Positions 1-9,176 of a stretch of 64,000 nucleotides of DNA are shown in pieces. A model generated the notes under the pieces. It searched no databases. It had not been told where the DNA came from and was given only the letters and a program-made list of their open reading frames with translations. This DNA is from a virus. Its lineage: Duplodnaviria; Caudoviricetes. Location: positions 13,464 through 77,463 of the IMG/VR virus record IMGVR_UViG_3300029288_000144; one strand, given 5' to 3'. Made by a program: the position numbers and the translations under genes. Numbering within the stretch: the first letter of the stretch is position 1; the number at the start of each line of letters is the position of its first letter.

Positions 1-2
1 AA

Positions 3-671
3 TTGTTTATTGAATACATAATAGGATATTTAAATTTTCATTATAACTATTCGACGGACAAATATTTTATTTTCAATTTTTGTGGGATTGCTCAAAATAA
101 CCAATCAAACAGGGCTTTGTGTGATAGCATAGAACGTAATTGTGTTAATAATTCATATTTTATTCCTGAAAAATCAACGCGAAAAGAATTGCTGGTTGAA
201 TTGCTCATGTTGGATTTTTTTGGAAGATTGAAATGTGTTAGTGATAAAAATAAATGTGTGAAAGATATATGTGAAGAAATAGTTTTAAAATATGTTGTGT
301 TTCATGGAAAGAAAGGAAATGAATATAAAAATTTTCGAGAATTCGATCAACAAAGAATGAAGTATATGTTAGATGGTAATTGTATGAAAAGGACGCCGAG
401 CGAATCGTTTAATAAGTTTGGAAAAATAAGATATAATAAAATTGTTCAAGACTGTCACCATCTTTTACAACAGCGGTGTTTATATCTATACGACCCCACA
501 AATTACGAATTTCATATTAGACACCAAGATGAATATGATAATTGTTCGGATGATGAAATTGATTTTTGGAGTTGGTTTAATAAAGAGTATAAAAAATTAG
601 GAACGGCTATTGATAAAAAAGTATTGATAGAAAAAATGATGAATGTTGGTTTAATTGTTAAGAAAAATTAA
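3..671 (+). CDS. hypothetical protein (may be 5'-partial at window edge)
   Basis: 222-aa ORF, no recognised motif. Confidence 0.6.
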   Translation: MFIEYIIGYLNFHYNYSTDKYFIFNFCGIAQNNQSNRALCDSIERNCVNNSYFIPEKSTRKELLVELLMLDFFGRLKCVSDKNKCVKDICEEIVLKYVVFHGKKGNEYKNFREFDQQRMKYMLDGNCMKRTPSESFNKFGKIRYNKIVQDCHHLLQQRCLYLYDPTNYEFHIRHQDEYDNCSDDEIDFWSWFNKEYKKLGTAIDKKVLIEKMMNVGLIVKKN

Positions 672-711
672 GATGATGAAGATTTAAGACGATGATAAAA
701 GGAGAAGAGAG

Positions 712-1425
712 ATGAAAAATACAACATCACTCGAGAACGCTTTGAGATTTAAGATTGAGATGGGGAAGATTTACATTTCGGGGATTTTGGAGTTTAGCGG
801 TGGCGAATATATTGTTCTCGATAATTGTGTTTATAAGGTATCTGAGATAGATTGGAGAAACGGAATTTTGTTATTTAATGTTGGTGGGATTATTGATGTT
901 CGGTGTCATTTGTATTCATGGGAGGATGTTGAAAAGGATATTGGTGAGATTTCTGTTATGAACAAGATGCTGTATATTGCTGATTGTTTGAATTATGATG
1001 ATTTGAAATCTAATTTGAAATTGAAGCATTTTGTTTTAGATTCTTTGTTTAGGGATATTGTTTTTTCTGAAATTTTTGGGAATCATGTTAGGAGTGTTTC
1101 AAGAGATTGTGTTGTTATTAAGAGTGTGACTGGAAAGGACTTAGAGATTTATTTAGATTCTGTTTGTATGAGAAATATGGGAGAGGTTGAAGAGAAGATT
1201 TTGTTTGGTTGTGATAAAGAATGTGTGATGGCGAAAGTTAAAGAAATGTGGAATAGAAGATTTGAAAAATTTAATAAATGGAGAATGATTGGTAAAGATT
1301 ATATATGTCCTTGGCTTGCTGGAGGAATTTATAGTTATGATATTTTAACCGATGAGATTTTTGTATTCTTACACCCAAATAAAAATAGATTCAAAAGATA
1401 TTGGAAGATTTTTCGTGAAGATTGA
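712..1425 (+). CDS. hypothetical protein
   Basis: 237-aa ORF with AAAGGAG SD upstream. Confidence 0.7.
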   Translation: MKNTTSLENALRFKIEMGKIYISGILEFSGGEYIVLDNCVYKVSEIDWRNGILLFNVGGIIDVRCHLYSWEDVEKDIGEISVMNKMLYIADCLNYDDLKSNLKLKHFVLDSLFRDIVFSEIFGNHVRSVSRDCVVIKSVTGKDLEIYLDSVCMRNMGEVEEKILFGCDKECVMAKVKEMWNRRFEKFNKWRMIGKDYICPWLAGGIYSYDILTDEIFVFLHPNKNRFKRYWKIFRED

Positions 1426-1582
1426 ACTTAATGTACTAACTTACAGCGTTTACTTTCATTGTTGTTTTGTGCTGAAATATAAAGGACAATACGAACTAAT
1501 TATCAGCATTTATCATATTGATAAAAAACAAATAGACATTGGACATCGCACCAACAAAAGAAGAATGGAAAAGTTTAAATGA
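1415..1582 (+). CDS. MKI-family micro-protein (55 aa, GTG start)
   Basis: (M)KIELNVL...KRRMEKFK; stop overlaps next ATG (ATGA); the ORF track extends it to 1352. Confidence 0.6.
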   Translation: MKIELNVLTYSVYFHCCFVLKYKGQYELIISIYHIDKKQIDIGHRTNKRRMEKFK

Positions 1583-1770
1583 AAATCAATTTAGAAATAA
1601 GAAAATCCGGACTATTTGAACCTGTAAGAACTGCGTGGTTTTACAGAACTATTATACTCGTTGAATATATTTGGAAAGATAGAATAGAAACTGTTGGTGC
1701 TAAATGTAATCCGAAAAGACTTACAAAGATTGTTAATCGCTGGAATGACAACGGAAATGAAAAATTATGA
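1579..1770 (+). CDS. MKI-family micro-protein
   Basis: MKINLEI...PKRLTKI; ATGA overlaps at both ends. Confidence 0.7.
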   Translation: MKINLEIRKSGLFEPVRTAWFYRTIILVEYIWKDRIETVGAKCNPKRLTKIVNRWNDNGNEKL

Positions 1771-1964
1771 AAATAGAATTATTTTGCGAACATTATTTGG
1801 GGGCAAGAGAATACTGTCTCTTTAGAAAATACAAAAAAGAGAACAAGTTAATTGATAGAATATACTGGTACGAAAAATATAATTTTAATGAAGACCGAGT
1901 TGTATTTGAACTAGTTAATCAAAAAAGATTCGGAAAATATGGCAAAGTAATGGTTATAAAATGA
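1767..1964 (+). CDS. MKI-family micro-protein
   Basis: MKIELFC...QKRFGK; coupled. Confidence 0.7.
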   Translation: MKIELFCEHYLGAREYCLFRKYKKENKLIDRIYWYEKYNFNEDRVVFELVNQKRFGKYGKVMVIK

Positions 1965-2173
1965 AGATTAGAGCGTATTTCACATATAACAACTCCCCTT
2001 CACAAGCCTTAATGGTTAGAAAGTATAAAAACGATACGCATATACATGACCGAATTATGTATGGGTTTTTTCTACTTGATTTCAATTGTTATGATTATTC
2101 GGTTTATGGAAATGTTTGTTTGAGAAGATTTAGGAAATTTCAAAAAAATTGCGAGAAAATAAAATGGAAATAA
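1961..2173 (+). CDS. MKI-family micro-protein
   Basis: MKIRAYF...RRFRK; shares RKYK..DRI core with the preceding ORF. Confidence 0.7.
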   Translation: MKIRAYFTYNNSPSQALMVRKYKNDTHIHDRIMYGFFLLDFNCYDYSVYGNVCLRRFRKFQKNCEKIKWK

Positions 2174-2373
2174 AAACATTCATTTGGAATAAGAATGTAA
2201 TAGGGCAAGTTGATTTTTACATTTGTCGTAGAGTCTATGATATTGGTTCGGTCTATTATATTACCAATAAAGATGAAATGGTTACATATTACAAAAATAA
2301 CAAAGGTGTTGGTTATTTGAATAAGAATGTTAGTGGTAGATTGATTAAAAGATTCGAGAGTACCTTTGTATGA
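2164..2373 (+). CDS. MKI-family micro-protein
   Basis: MEIKTFI...IKRFE; ATG at 2164 preferred over 2149. Confidence 0.6.
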   Translation: MEIKTFIWNKNVIGQVDFYICRRVYDIGSVYYITNKDEMVTYYKNNKGVGYLNKNVSGRLIKRFESTFV

Positions 2374-2588
2374 AAATTAAAGCAACAGTACAAGTAAACA
2401 TCAGTCGTTTTGTTTTTGAAACTGATAGACTCTGGTTTGAATGGTTCTACTATGTTCGCGACAAACCAGATTATGAATTGTGTGTTTTATATTTCTTTGA
2501 TTCCGGCACCATCCAAACAGCATTGAAAAGATTAGAAAATTCAAAAATTATCAAAGTTCATCATTGGGAATATGCGGCGGATAGTTAG
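2370..2588 (+). CDS. MKI-family micro-protein
   Basis: MKIKATV...LKRLE; ATGA overlap. Confidence 0.65.
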   Translation: MKIKATVQVNISRFVFETDRLWFEWFYYVRDKPDYELCVLYFFDSGTIQTALKRLENSKIIKVHHWEYAADS

Positions 2589-2608
2589 ATTATTTTTCTA
2601 AAAACGTG

Positions 2609-2637
2609 TTGCCTTGTGAAAAATAAAAGAGTATATT
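2609..2637 (+). promoter_or_regulatory. sigma70-type early promoter
   Basis: TTGCCT-N17-TATATT in the only intergenic gap of the first array. Confidence 0.55.
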
Positions 2638-2671
2638 AAATAATGCGGAAATTCAATAGTTATTGGAAAGT

Positions 2672-2848
2672 TTGAAAACGTATGTATATCTGGTTCGGAA
2701 AAATAGTTGGGACTCCGATGCTGATGAAATAAAAGCGGCGTATCTTGATTATGATTTGTTGATGAATGAAACAAAATGGTAGCGAGAACATAAAGAAGGA
2801 TATATAAGAACCGCTTGGTATGTTGAAAAAATTGAGGTTAATAAATGA
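2672..2848 (+). pseudogene. small ORF with internal TAG
   Basis: TTG start after GGAAAG; in-frame TAG at 2780-2782; frame continues to a TGA overlapping the next ATG. Confidence 0.45.
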
Positions 2849-3012
2849 AAATAAATCTATATGTAAAAGATTATGGTGGTGGTGTTGTTTTTTCTCAAAA
2901 GCCATGGGGAATTAAAATGAGGATAATATTACAGGCATATTATGAGGGTCGTTATTGTTCAGATTATATCAACGCAAATACAAAACGACTAAAGATAGAT
3001 AGGTTTACGTGA
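2845..3012 (+). CDS. MKI-family micro-protein (55 aa, below ORF-track cutoff)
   Basis: MKINLYVKDYGGG...TKRLKIDRFT; ATGA/GTGA overlaps. Confidence 0.65.
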   Translation: MKINLYVKDYGGGVVFSQKPWGIKMRIILQAYYEGRYCSDYINANTKRLKIDRFT

Positions 3013-3233
3013 AAATAAAAATATTTGTTGCTGATTACAAAAAATGTGTAGCTGCGGCTCATATTAGAAGAGAAAATGAATATTTAGTTTTCGGAAATGT
3101 AGATTATAATTCAATTTACATTGTTGTGTTTCAAAAACCAAAAGAATACTGGATTTCAAATAAGACAAATGTAGACAGATTTAAAAAAATATATGATTGT
3201 GTGAACACCAATGAAAATACAATTAACCGTTGA
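3009..3233 (+). CDS. MKI-family micro-protein (GTG start)
   Basis: MKIKIFV...DRFKKI. Confidence 0.65.
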   Translation: MKIKIFVADYKKCVAAAHIRRENEYLVFGNVDYNSIYIVVFQKPKEYWISNKTNVDRFKKIYDCVNTNENTINR

Positions 3234-3405
3234 TAATGGGATATATAACCAAACCGATTTTGTTAGATTCCACACTAAAGAATCTAAACATTGTTTTTGT
3301 TCACATACGTTATATGAAATGTTCTTCACGTCTTTACTACCATTTAACAAATCCGTCAGAAATCTTAAAAAAGACCGATTTCAAAAAATAGGAGTAAAAC
3401 TGTGA
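3211..3405 (+). CDS. MKI-family micro-protein
   Basis: MKIQLTV...DRFQKI. Confidence 0.65.
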   Translation: MKIQLTVDNGIYNQTDFVRFHTKESKHCFCSHTLYEMFFTSLLPFNKSVRNLKKDRFQKIGVKL

Positions 3406-3593
3406 AAATATCGTTATATGTTTATGATGATGACCAATATACTTATGCTCATTTTTCAAAATCCAAATTATATCCAAAAATTGATAACTATGCGGACTTT
3501 ATAGTTGCGTTTTGTGATTATCCGTGTCTAAGCTTATGTAATGTTGAAAGATTCAAGAAAATTTATCCAACAGCAGAACTCTACGAGGATTAA
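3402..3593 (+). CDS. MKI-family micro-protein (GTG start)
   Basis: MKISLYV...NVERFKKI. Confidence 0.65.
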   Translation: MKISLYVYDDDQYTYAHFSKSKLYPKIDNYADFIVAFCDYPCLSLCNVERFKKIYPTAELYED

Positions 3594-3595
3594 AT

Positions 3596-3793
3596 ATGAA
3601 AATCTATCTTACATTTGATAATACCAAATTATACAAAAACTCTGTTCGTTTACATGCTAACAAAGTATTAAATTATTCGTATGGTCTTGGATACAACGAG
3701 GCTTTGGGTTTTATTGGTTATTTGGGTGATTATGTTTGTGTGTCTAATTGCGGAAGAAAATTAAATGTTACAAGGTTAAATAAACTAAAATGA
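3596..3793 (+). CDS. MKI-family micro-protein
   Basis: MKIYLTF...NVTRLNKLK. Confidence 0.65.
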   Translation: MKIYLTFDNTKLYKNSVRLHANKVLNYSYGLGYNEALGFIGYLGDYVCVSNCGRKLNVTRLNKLK

Positions 3794-3996
3794 AACTATC
3801 AACATATTTAATAACCGACGATGGTAATATACACTTAGCTAGAGATAAAAAAGAAACGCTTAATTATGGCGAAACGGAAAGTAACAATAGGTATTTCATA
3901 GTTGTTTTTATGGAATTTAATGAATTTTGGATTTCTAAACTGTGTAAGGTTCCTCGTTTTATGAAGTGGTTTACGGGACACAATTATAACGACTGA
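3790..3996 (+). CDS. MKI-family micro-protein
   Basis: MKLSTYL...VPRFMK; similar to 3009 ORF (VVF..EFWIS). Confidence 0.65.
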   Translation: MKLSTYLITDDGNIHLARDKKETLNYGETESNNRYFIVVFMEFNEFWISKLCKVPRFMKWFTGHNYND

Positions 3997-4166
3997 AAAT
4001 AAATTTATTTCTTAAAGATTGTTGTTTTTCTCATTATAAGACAGGAACCAATATGTTTATAATACATATGTTGACCTCCATCAGTAGAATCCCAGCATAC
4101 TCGCCGTATATAGAGACATTAAACGTAAGAAGAATCAAGAAAATTCAAAAGGAGTGGAAATCATGA
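3993..4166 (+). CDS. MKI-family micro-protein with probable CTG start
   Basis: CTG-AAA-ATA-AAT-TTA = (M)KINLFLK...NVRRIKK; CTGA overlap upstream, ATGA overlap downstream. Confidence 0.55.
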   Translation: MKINLFLKDCCFSHYKTGTNMFIIHMLTSISRIPAYSPYIETLNVRRIKKIQKEWKS

Positions 4167-5158
4167 ACAGATGTATTTTGATGCGTGGATATCCTGGTTG
4201 TGGAAAATCTACAAGAGCCAAAGAACTATCAGATGAGTTTGGAAACTGTTCAATCGTATCGGCTGATAACTATTGGATTGATTCAAACGGTTTTTACAAA
4301 TTTGATGTTTCTAAATTAAAATTAGCCCACGAATATTGTTACAATGAGTTTAAGAAAGCCATTGCTGCAGGACGAAATGTGATTGTTGACAATACGAATC
4401 TCAAATTTGAAGATTGTAAGAAATATTTCGATTATATTTTGAAGAACAATAATGTAGGAACTCATCGTTACGCAATCGATATTTGTGAAGTTTCTTACAA
4501 CGATTTAGATACAGCGATTTCTCTTAGAAGCAATCGCGAAGATGGAAAGAATATTCCATCTGAAAAGATTCGCGGAATGTATGATATCTTCCGGAAAATC
4601 AATTGTGTTTCGTTGATGCTTTCGAATTACACCAACAAGATTGATTTTGTTTTTCCGAAAGATGTAGTAGAATATAATTGGTTAGAGAATTCTTCAACAG
4701 ATAAAACCAAAAAAGATTGTGTGATTTGTGACCTTGATGGAACTCTATCTATTTTCAAACTTGCGGATGGCACGCTGTTACGAAATGCTTTTGATGCTTC
4801 TACTTGCGAATCGGATTTGATAAACGTTGCTGTAGCTAAAGCTATTTCAGCATTTGAGCTTGTAGGAAACGAAATCATTTTTCTTTCTGGAAGAGAGAAC
4901 AAATACAGAAAAGAAACCGAAGCATTTTTGAATAGAGTTTCGGAAAAATATGGATTGAATAAAAATCACAAACTATACATGAGAGCTGCTGGAGATTTTC
5001 GTTCTGATGATATTGTAAAATCTGAAATCTTTTCAAACAACATCAAAGACAAATATAATGTAGTTTGTGTTTTTGATGACCGACCAAAAGTTGTTCGTCT
5101 GTGGCGTTCTTTGGGGTTGTTTGTTTTTGATTGTAATTACCGTGGAGAGGAATTCTAA
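4163..5158 (+). CDS. pseT: polynucleotide 5'-kinase/3'-phosphatase (T4 PseT-like)
   Basis: P-loop GYPGCGKS, VIVDNTN; HAD DLDGT, LSGRE, DDIVK, FDDRP; ATG 4163 overlaps upstream TGA. Confidence 0.92.
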   Translation: MNRCILMRGYPGCGKSTRAKELSDEFGNCSIVSADNYWIDSNGFYKFDVSKLKLAHEYCYNEFKKAIAAGRNVIVDNTNLKFEDCKKYFDYILKNNNVGTHRYAIDICEVSYNDLDTAISLRSNREDGKNIPSEKIRGMYDIFRKINCVSLMLSNYTNKIDFVFPKDVVEYNWLENSSTDKTKKDCVICDLDGTLSIFKLADGTLLRNAFDASTCESDLINVAVAKAISAFELVGNEIIFLSGRENKYRKETEAFLNRVSEKYGLNKNHKLYMRAAGDFRSDDIVKSEIFSNNIKDKYNVVCVFDDRPKVVRLWRSLGLFVFDCNYRGEEF

Positions 5159-6336
5159 TGGAAACTTTTACTCTTAGAGAATATTTGAATCAGAACTATC
5201 TTAACGACGATTCGGTTGTAGCCGATTTTCATTCCAAGTTTGGTGTGAACGTTTCTAAGTTTGAAAATTATTTCCTTTTCAAATACGACCAAATTCTCGC
5301 TAATTGGAATGACCCGATTGTAAAAGAATGTCGTGGAACCATTCTTCAGAAAAATGAAACGTGGGAATATGTTTCTATTCCGTTTAGCAAATTCTTCAAT
5401 CTACAAGAAGGACGATGCGAAATCTTTTCTTTTGTTGAATTGAAGTTGGTTGAAAAGATCGACGGTTCGTGTATTCAAGTTTGGTTTGATGGAAATAATT
5501 GGAGAGCATCTACGCTTGGGAGCATTCAAACCGCGAATGTTTTTGATTGGCAGTTTACGTTTTCTGAGTTGTTCTGGAAAATATTCAACAACTCAGGTTT
5601 GAAAAAAGAAATGTTGATTCCTGGATATACTTACATTTTTGAACTGTGGAGCAAATACAATCAGGTTGTTACTCGTTACAGTGAAGAAAAGATTGTTTTG
5701 CTGGCTATTAGAAACAACAAGACTTTTTCTTTGACAGATTTTTCTAATGAACAAATTCAAAAAATGTTTGGGTTTGTTCATCGTCCAATCTTTCTTGAAA
5801 ACAAAGTTGGCTCTAAAGAAGAGTTGATTTCTCTGGTTGAGGAATTAGCAAAAGACGAAGTCCGTTTTGGAAAGATTCCCGAAGGTTTTGTTGGTTATGT
5901 TTCGGGAAGACCCGTGTGTAAAATCAAAAATGAGAAGTACTGTCAGACTCATAGAATTCTAACTGGAGATAAAGCATTCGTTTTGAAGAATGTGGTTGCT
6001 TCCGTTTTTTGTGGAAATGTTGATGACATCTACGGAGATTTGACCGACGAACTAAAAGAATTCGTTGATAGATTGAAAGAAAAGATTAGACAAATTATTG
6101 ACCAGTTGAACGGGGTTTCATATCAATTATTTTTGATGGATAACAAATTCAATGCGAAAGAATATGCTCTCAAAGTTCAAGAATTAACAAATAACGAACT
6201 GTTAATGTTTCGTGGATTTCTGTTTGATAAGAAAAAAGAAATATGTGAAACAGGAAACATGCGAGATTTGTTTCTTCCGTGGATTGTTAATGGAAACAGA
6301 TACGAAAAGAATTTGGATTTTTGGAGAAATGTATGA
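5158..6336 (+). CDS. rnlA: RNA ligase 1 (T4 RnlA-like)
   Basis: KFFN, motif I EKIDGS, YIFEL, LLAIRN, EGFV, KIKNEKY; adjacent to Pnk. Confidence 0.88.
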   Translation: METFTLREYLNQNYLNDDSVVADFHSKFGVNVSKFENYFLFKYDQILANWNDPIVKECRGTILQKNETWEYVSIPFSKFFNLQEGRCEIFSFVELKLVEKIDGSCIQVWFDGNNWRASTLGSIQTANVFDWQFTFSELFWKIFNNSGLKKEMLIPGYTYIFELWSKYNQVVTRYSEEKIVLLAIRNNKTFSLTDFSNEQIQKMFGFVHRPIFLENKVGSKEELISLVEELAKDEVRFGKIPEGFVGYVSGRPVCKIKNEKYCQTHRILTGDKAFVLKNVVASVFCGNVDDIYGDLTDELKEFVDRLKEKIRQIIDQLNGVSYQLFLMDNKFNAKEYALKVQELTNNELLMFRGFLFDKKKEICETGNMRDLFLPWIVNGNRYEKNLDFWRNV

Positions 6337-6968
6337 ATGAAGTAAAATACCCAAGAACATATCACCTTCCTTATTCTCCCGGAAGCACTAATGATGATAA
6401 AAAGTTTCCAAACGATTCTCACCTAATCGAAAAAGAAATTGTTCTAACTTTAAAATTAGATGGCGAAAATTGTTCGTTGACCAAAAATAAAATTTGGGCT
6501 AGGAGCTTAGATTCTCAAAACCACCCAAGTAGAAATTGGGTCAAGAATTTTTGGGAAAACATTCGTTATGATATTCCGGATGATTTAAGAATTTGCGGCG
6601 AAAATTTATACGCAAAGCATTCAATCTATTATGATGAACTACCAAGTTATTTCATATGTTTTAATATTTGGCGCGGCGATGAATGTTTAAGCTGGAAAGA
6701 AACAGAAGAATGGTGCAGTTTGATAGGATTAGAAATAGTTCCGGTTGTTTATCGCGGAATCTATTCAAAAGAGATAATATTAAAAGAAGCTACGAGTTCT
6801 GAGAAAATATTTGGCGGCGAACGCGAAGGAATTGTCGGAAGAAATCCTGAAAGTTTCAACTACGAAAATTTCAAAGAAAATACATTTAAATGGGTTAGAA
6901 AAGGACATGTCCAAACAACTCAACACTGGATGTATGACAAAATCATTCCCAACAAGTTGAAAATATGA
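6333..6968 (+). CDS. second ATP-dependent RNA ligase (Rnl2-like family)
   Basis: YPRTYHLP, KLDGEN, ICGEN, REGIV, KWVR nucleotidyltransferase motifs. Confidence 0.8.
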   Translation: MNEVKYPRTYHLPYSPGSTNDDKKFPNDSHLIEKEIVLTLKLDGENCSLTKNKIWARSLDSQNHPSRNWVKNFWENIRYDIPDDLRICGENLYAKHSIYYDELPSYFICFNIWRGDECLSWKETEEWCSLIGLEIVPVVYRGIYSKEIILKEATSSEKIFGGEREGIVGRNPESFNYENFKENTFKWVRKGHVQTTQHWMYDKIIPNKLKI

Positions 6969-7279
6969 AAATACATCTGAAAGTTGAAGTATCAAAATAT
7001 GTAGGAAAACGAAGAGTGTATAATCATTTTTTAGATTTAGGAGATTTTGAAATAGTTTACGTCTTTGAAACCGATGACTATTTTGAAGATACTGTATCTG
7101 ATTATATTTCAAACTGGAAAAGATTAGAAATAAGTAAAACAAAACCAAAAATTGTTACGTGGATAACTCCTTTCACAAATGAGGTGTTCACAAGTTTCAA
7201 TTCAACTGATGACAACAACGATTACATTACAACATATATGGAAGATAACAAAAGAATGATGAAATGGAAAACAAGATGA
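6965..7279 (+). CDS. MKI-family protein (104 aa)
   Basis: MKIHLKV...KRMMKWK; ATGA overlap. Confidence 0.6.
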   Translation: MKIHLKVEVSKYVGKRRVYNHFLDLGDFEIVYVFETDDYFEDTVSDYISNWKRLEISKTKPKIVTWITPFTNEVFTSFNSTDDNNDYITTYMEDNKRMMKWKTR

Positions 7280-7558
7280 AAACACTTAGGGGTTAACAAC
7301 ATTTTTCTAACATCTCGCAGAAGGGTGCTGTTACCTATTTTTCCAACGTTTTAACGAACAGTAATAGATAAAGACATATTGTATTTCTTTAATGTTTAAG
7401 ATATGTTAAAGTCCGATAGAATATGGGTTTGAAGAACAAAAATTAAGTTAAAAATGATAACAAATATGTCGTAAAAATCTAAACATTGTTGAAATAGAAA
7501 GAACTGCTTGAAATATTTTTGCGACAGATTAAAATAGAAGAAGAAAGAATAAAGCGAC

Positions 7559-7726
7559 ATGAAAATAACTTTGAAATATAATGGAATGTTTGGAACGTGG
7601 AATAGAATTTTAAAACAAGATAACCCCGATTCTTTAATTTTTCAGTCTGGATATAAACACTCAGACTTGATGGCATGGAATCGTATAAACAGACCTTTTG
7701 CTAAACGTTTTATAAAATGGCTGTGA
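7559..7726 (+). CDS. MKI-family micro-protein (55 aa)
   Basis: MKITLKYNG...AKRFIKWL; hand-translated. Confidence 0.6.
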   Translation: MKITLKYNGMFGTWNRILKQDNPDSLIFQSGYKHSDLMAWNRINRPFAKRFIKWL

Positions 7727-7729
7727 GAT

Positions 7730-7930
7730 ATGAAATGCGAATTAAAATTAGATAAAACCTCGTGGAGTTTTTCGCCAAAATACAATACCAAAAACGGAAA
7801 TGGAATATCCGTTGGTTTTATTTCCGGCAATCCATACGCATATTGGAGCAATCAAAATTCTCCATTCGCAATTCTAAAACGATTAAAGATAAAATACGAG
7901 TACAAAGGAATAATATGCCATACAAACTAA
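7730..7930 (+). CDS. MKI-like micro-protein
   Basis: MKCELKL...LKRLKIK. Confidence 0.6.
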   Translation: MKCELKLDKTSWSFSPKYNTKNGNGISVGFISGNPYAYWSNQNSPFAILKRLKIKYEYKGIICHTN

Positions 7931-8217
7931 AACATAGAGAAACGGGATTGTATTGGAAAGGCTCGTCTCAAAAGCCTCTTGAAAAAGGGGAGATGAATAA
8001 ATTGTGCTGGAGCAAGAACGGGAAGTCTTGGAATCAAAAAGGTCATTTAAGTTCTGCTTTAACAAATGTGCTTCGGCCAGAATATATTAGAGGAACTAGT
8101 TTCGAAGATTATTCCAAGAGTGAAGTATTGTATGGTTGGTTTGAAGAAAACTGCGTTGTTGAATATTATGAAACTCCAAAAGAAATCAATTTCTCAGATT
8201 TTAAGAAATTGGATTGA
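7915..8217 (+). CDS. conserved phage hypothetical protein
   Basis: MPYKLKHRETGLYW...WSKNGKSWNQKGHL; ATG 7915 after AAAGGA. Confidence 0.6.
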   Translation: MPYKLKHRETGLYWKGSSQKPLEKGEMNKLCWSKNGKSWNQKGHLSSALTNVLRPEYIRGTSFEDYSKSEVLYGWFEENCVVEYYETPKEINFSDFKKLD

Positions 8218-8218
8218 T

Positions 8219-8434
8219 ATGAAAATTAAACTTTGGGTTGTGGACCGAAATAGATATCACAACATTCATTTTGGAACCGATATGTATTATTCGGCAGGAT
8301 ATTACGATTATTTAGATTTTGGTGGAGTTTTTGTTTTCAACCCTAAGAAATATGAAAATTTACTATATAGGCTAGACAAATATTTTCCCGAAAGTAATAT
8401 TAAAAAATATGAAAATTTACTTAAAAATAAGTAG
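8219..8434 (+). CDS. MKI-family micro-protein
   Basis: MKIKLWV...; true start inside track ORF 8066..8434. Confidence 0.6.
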   Translation: MKIKLWVVDRNRYHNIHFGTDMYYSAGYYDYLDFGGVFVFNPKKYENLLYRLDKYFPESNIKKYENLLKNK

Positions 8435-8579
8435 ACGATATCATGAAACCGCTTTTATTTTCAACAAGAGAATAAATCTTTCAAAACATTTGACCGTAAT
8501 TTATGATTCGGTTGGAAAAGTTTTCGCTTCAAATTTATCAAACTACAAAAATTACAAAAGAAGGTTGAAACTTAAATGA
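8409..8579 (+). CDS. MKI-family micro-protein (56 aa)
   Basis: MKIYLKISRR...YKRRLKLK; hand-translated; ATGA overlap downstream. Confidence 0.6.
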   Translation: MKIYLKISRRYHETAFIFNKRINLSKHLTVIYDSVGKVFASNLSNYKNYKRRLKLK

Positions 8580-8791
8580 AAATATTATTAAAAGTAAATA
8601 AAGAATATTCAGAATATGAATTTGTATTGTATCGTAAATATACAAAACGAAAACCAAAATTTATTATTCGCTATTTTGCTAACGAAATAGAAAATCTTCA
8701 TCTTATGATACCTTACGACAAATACAACATCTACAAAAACAGATACAGAAATATAGAAAGAAGATTAAATTTGGAGATTCATAAAGTATGA
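8576..8791 (+). CDS. MKI-family micro-protein
   Basis: MKILLKV...LYRKY...ERRLNL. Confidence 0.65.
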   Translation: MKILLKVNKEYSEYEFVLYRKYTKRKPKFIIRYFANEIENLHLMIPYDKYNIYKNRYRNIERRLNLEIHKV

Positions 8792-8976
8792 AGTTACTAA
8801 TTCGATTTGAAAACCGTTATTCCGATCCTTATTGTTGTTGGTGCCGATGCTGGTTTTTGTTTGATAGAAGAATAATACGTTCGGATTTGGCGCAAAACCC
8901 AATCAGAATTCTTACCACCCAACAATACAATGGAGAAAAAATTAAAAAATATACAAACAAAAGGATTCGGTTATGA
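8788..8976 (+). CDS. MKI-family micro-protein
   Basis: MKLLIRF...NKRIRL; ATGA overlaps. Confidence 0.6.
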   Translation: MKLLIRFENRYSDPYCCWCRCWFLFDRRIIRSDLAQNPIRILTTQQYNGEKIKKYTNKRIRL

Positions 8977-9176
8977 AGATAAAATTGCGGTGTTTGGGTA
9001 ATTTGCGTGGTTACTCGTTCGCTCTATATAACCAAGAAAGAGTCGTATTACAATATTTTGCGTCCAAATTAAAACCAATATATTTGGTTTATGTCATGTC
9101 ACAACGTCACAAAAAAGAGATAAAACACGCTGCATTTCTCCGTCGAATGAAAACAACAATCCAATCACAATTATAA
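8973..9176 (+). CDS. MKI-family micro-protein
   Basis: MKIKLRC...LRRMK. Confidence 0.65.
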   Translation: MKIKLRCLGNLRGYSFALYNQERVVLQYFASKLKPIYLVYVMSQRHKKEIKHAAFLRRMKTTIQSQL

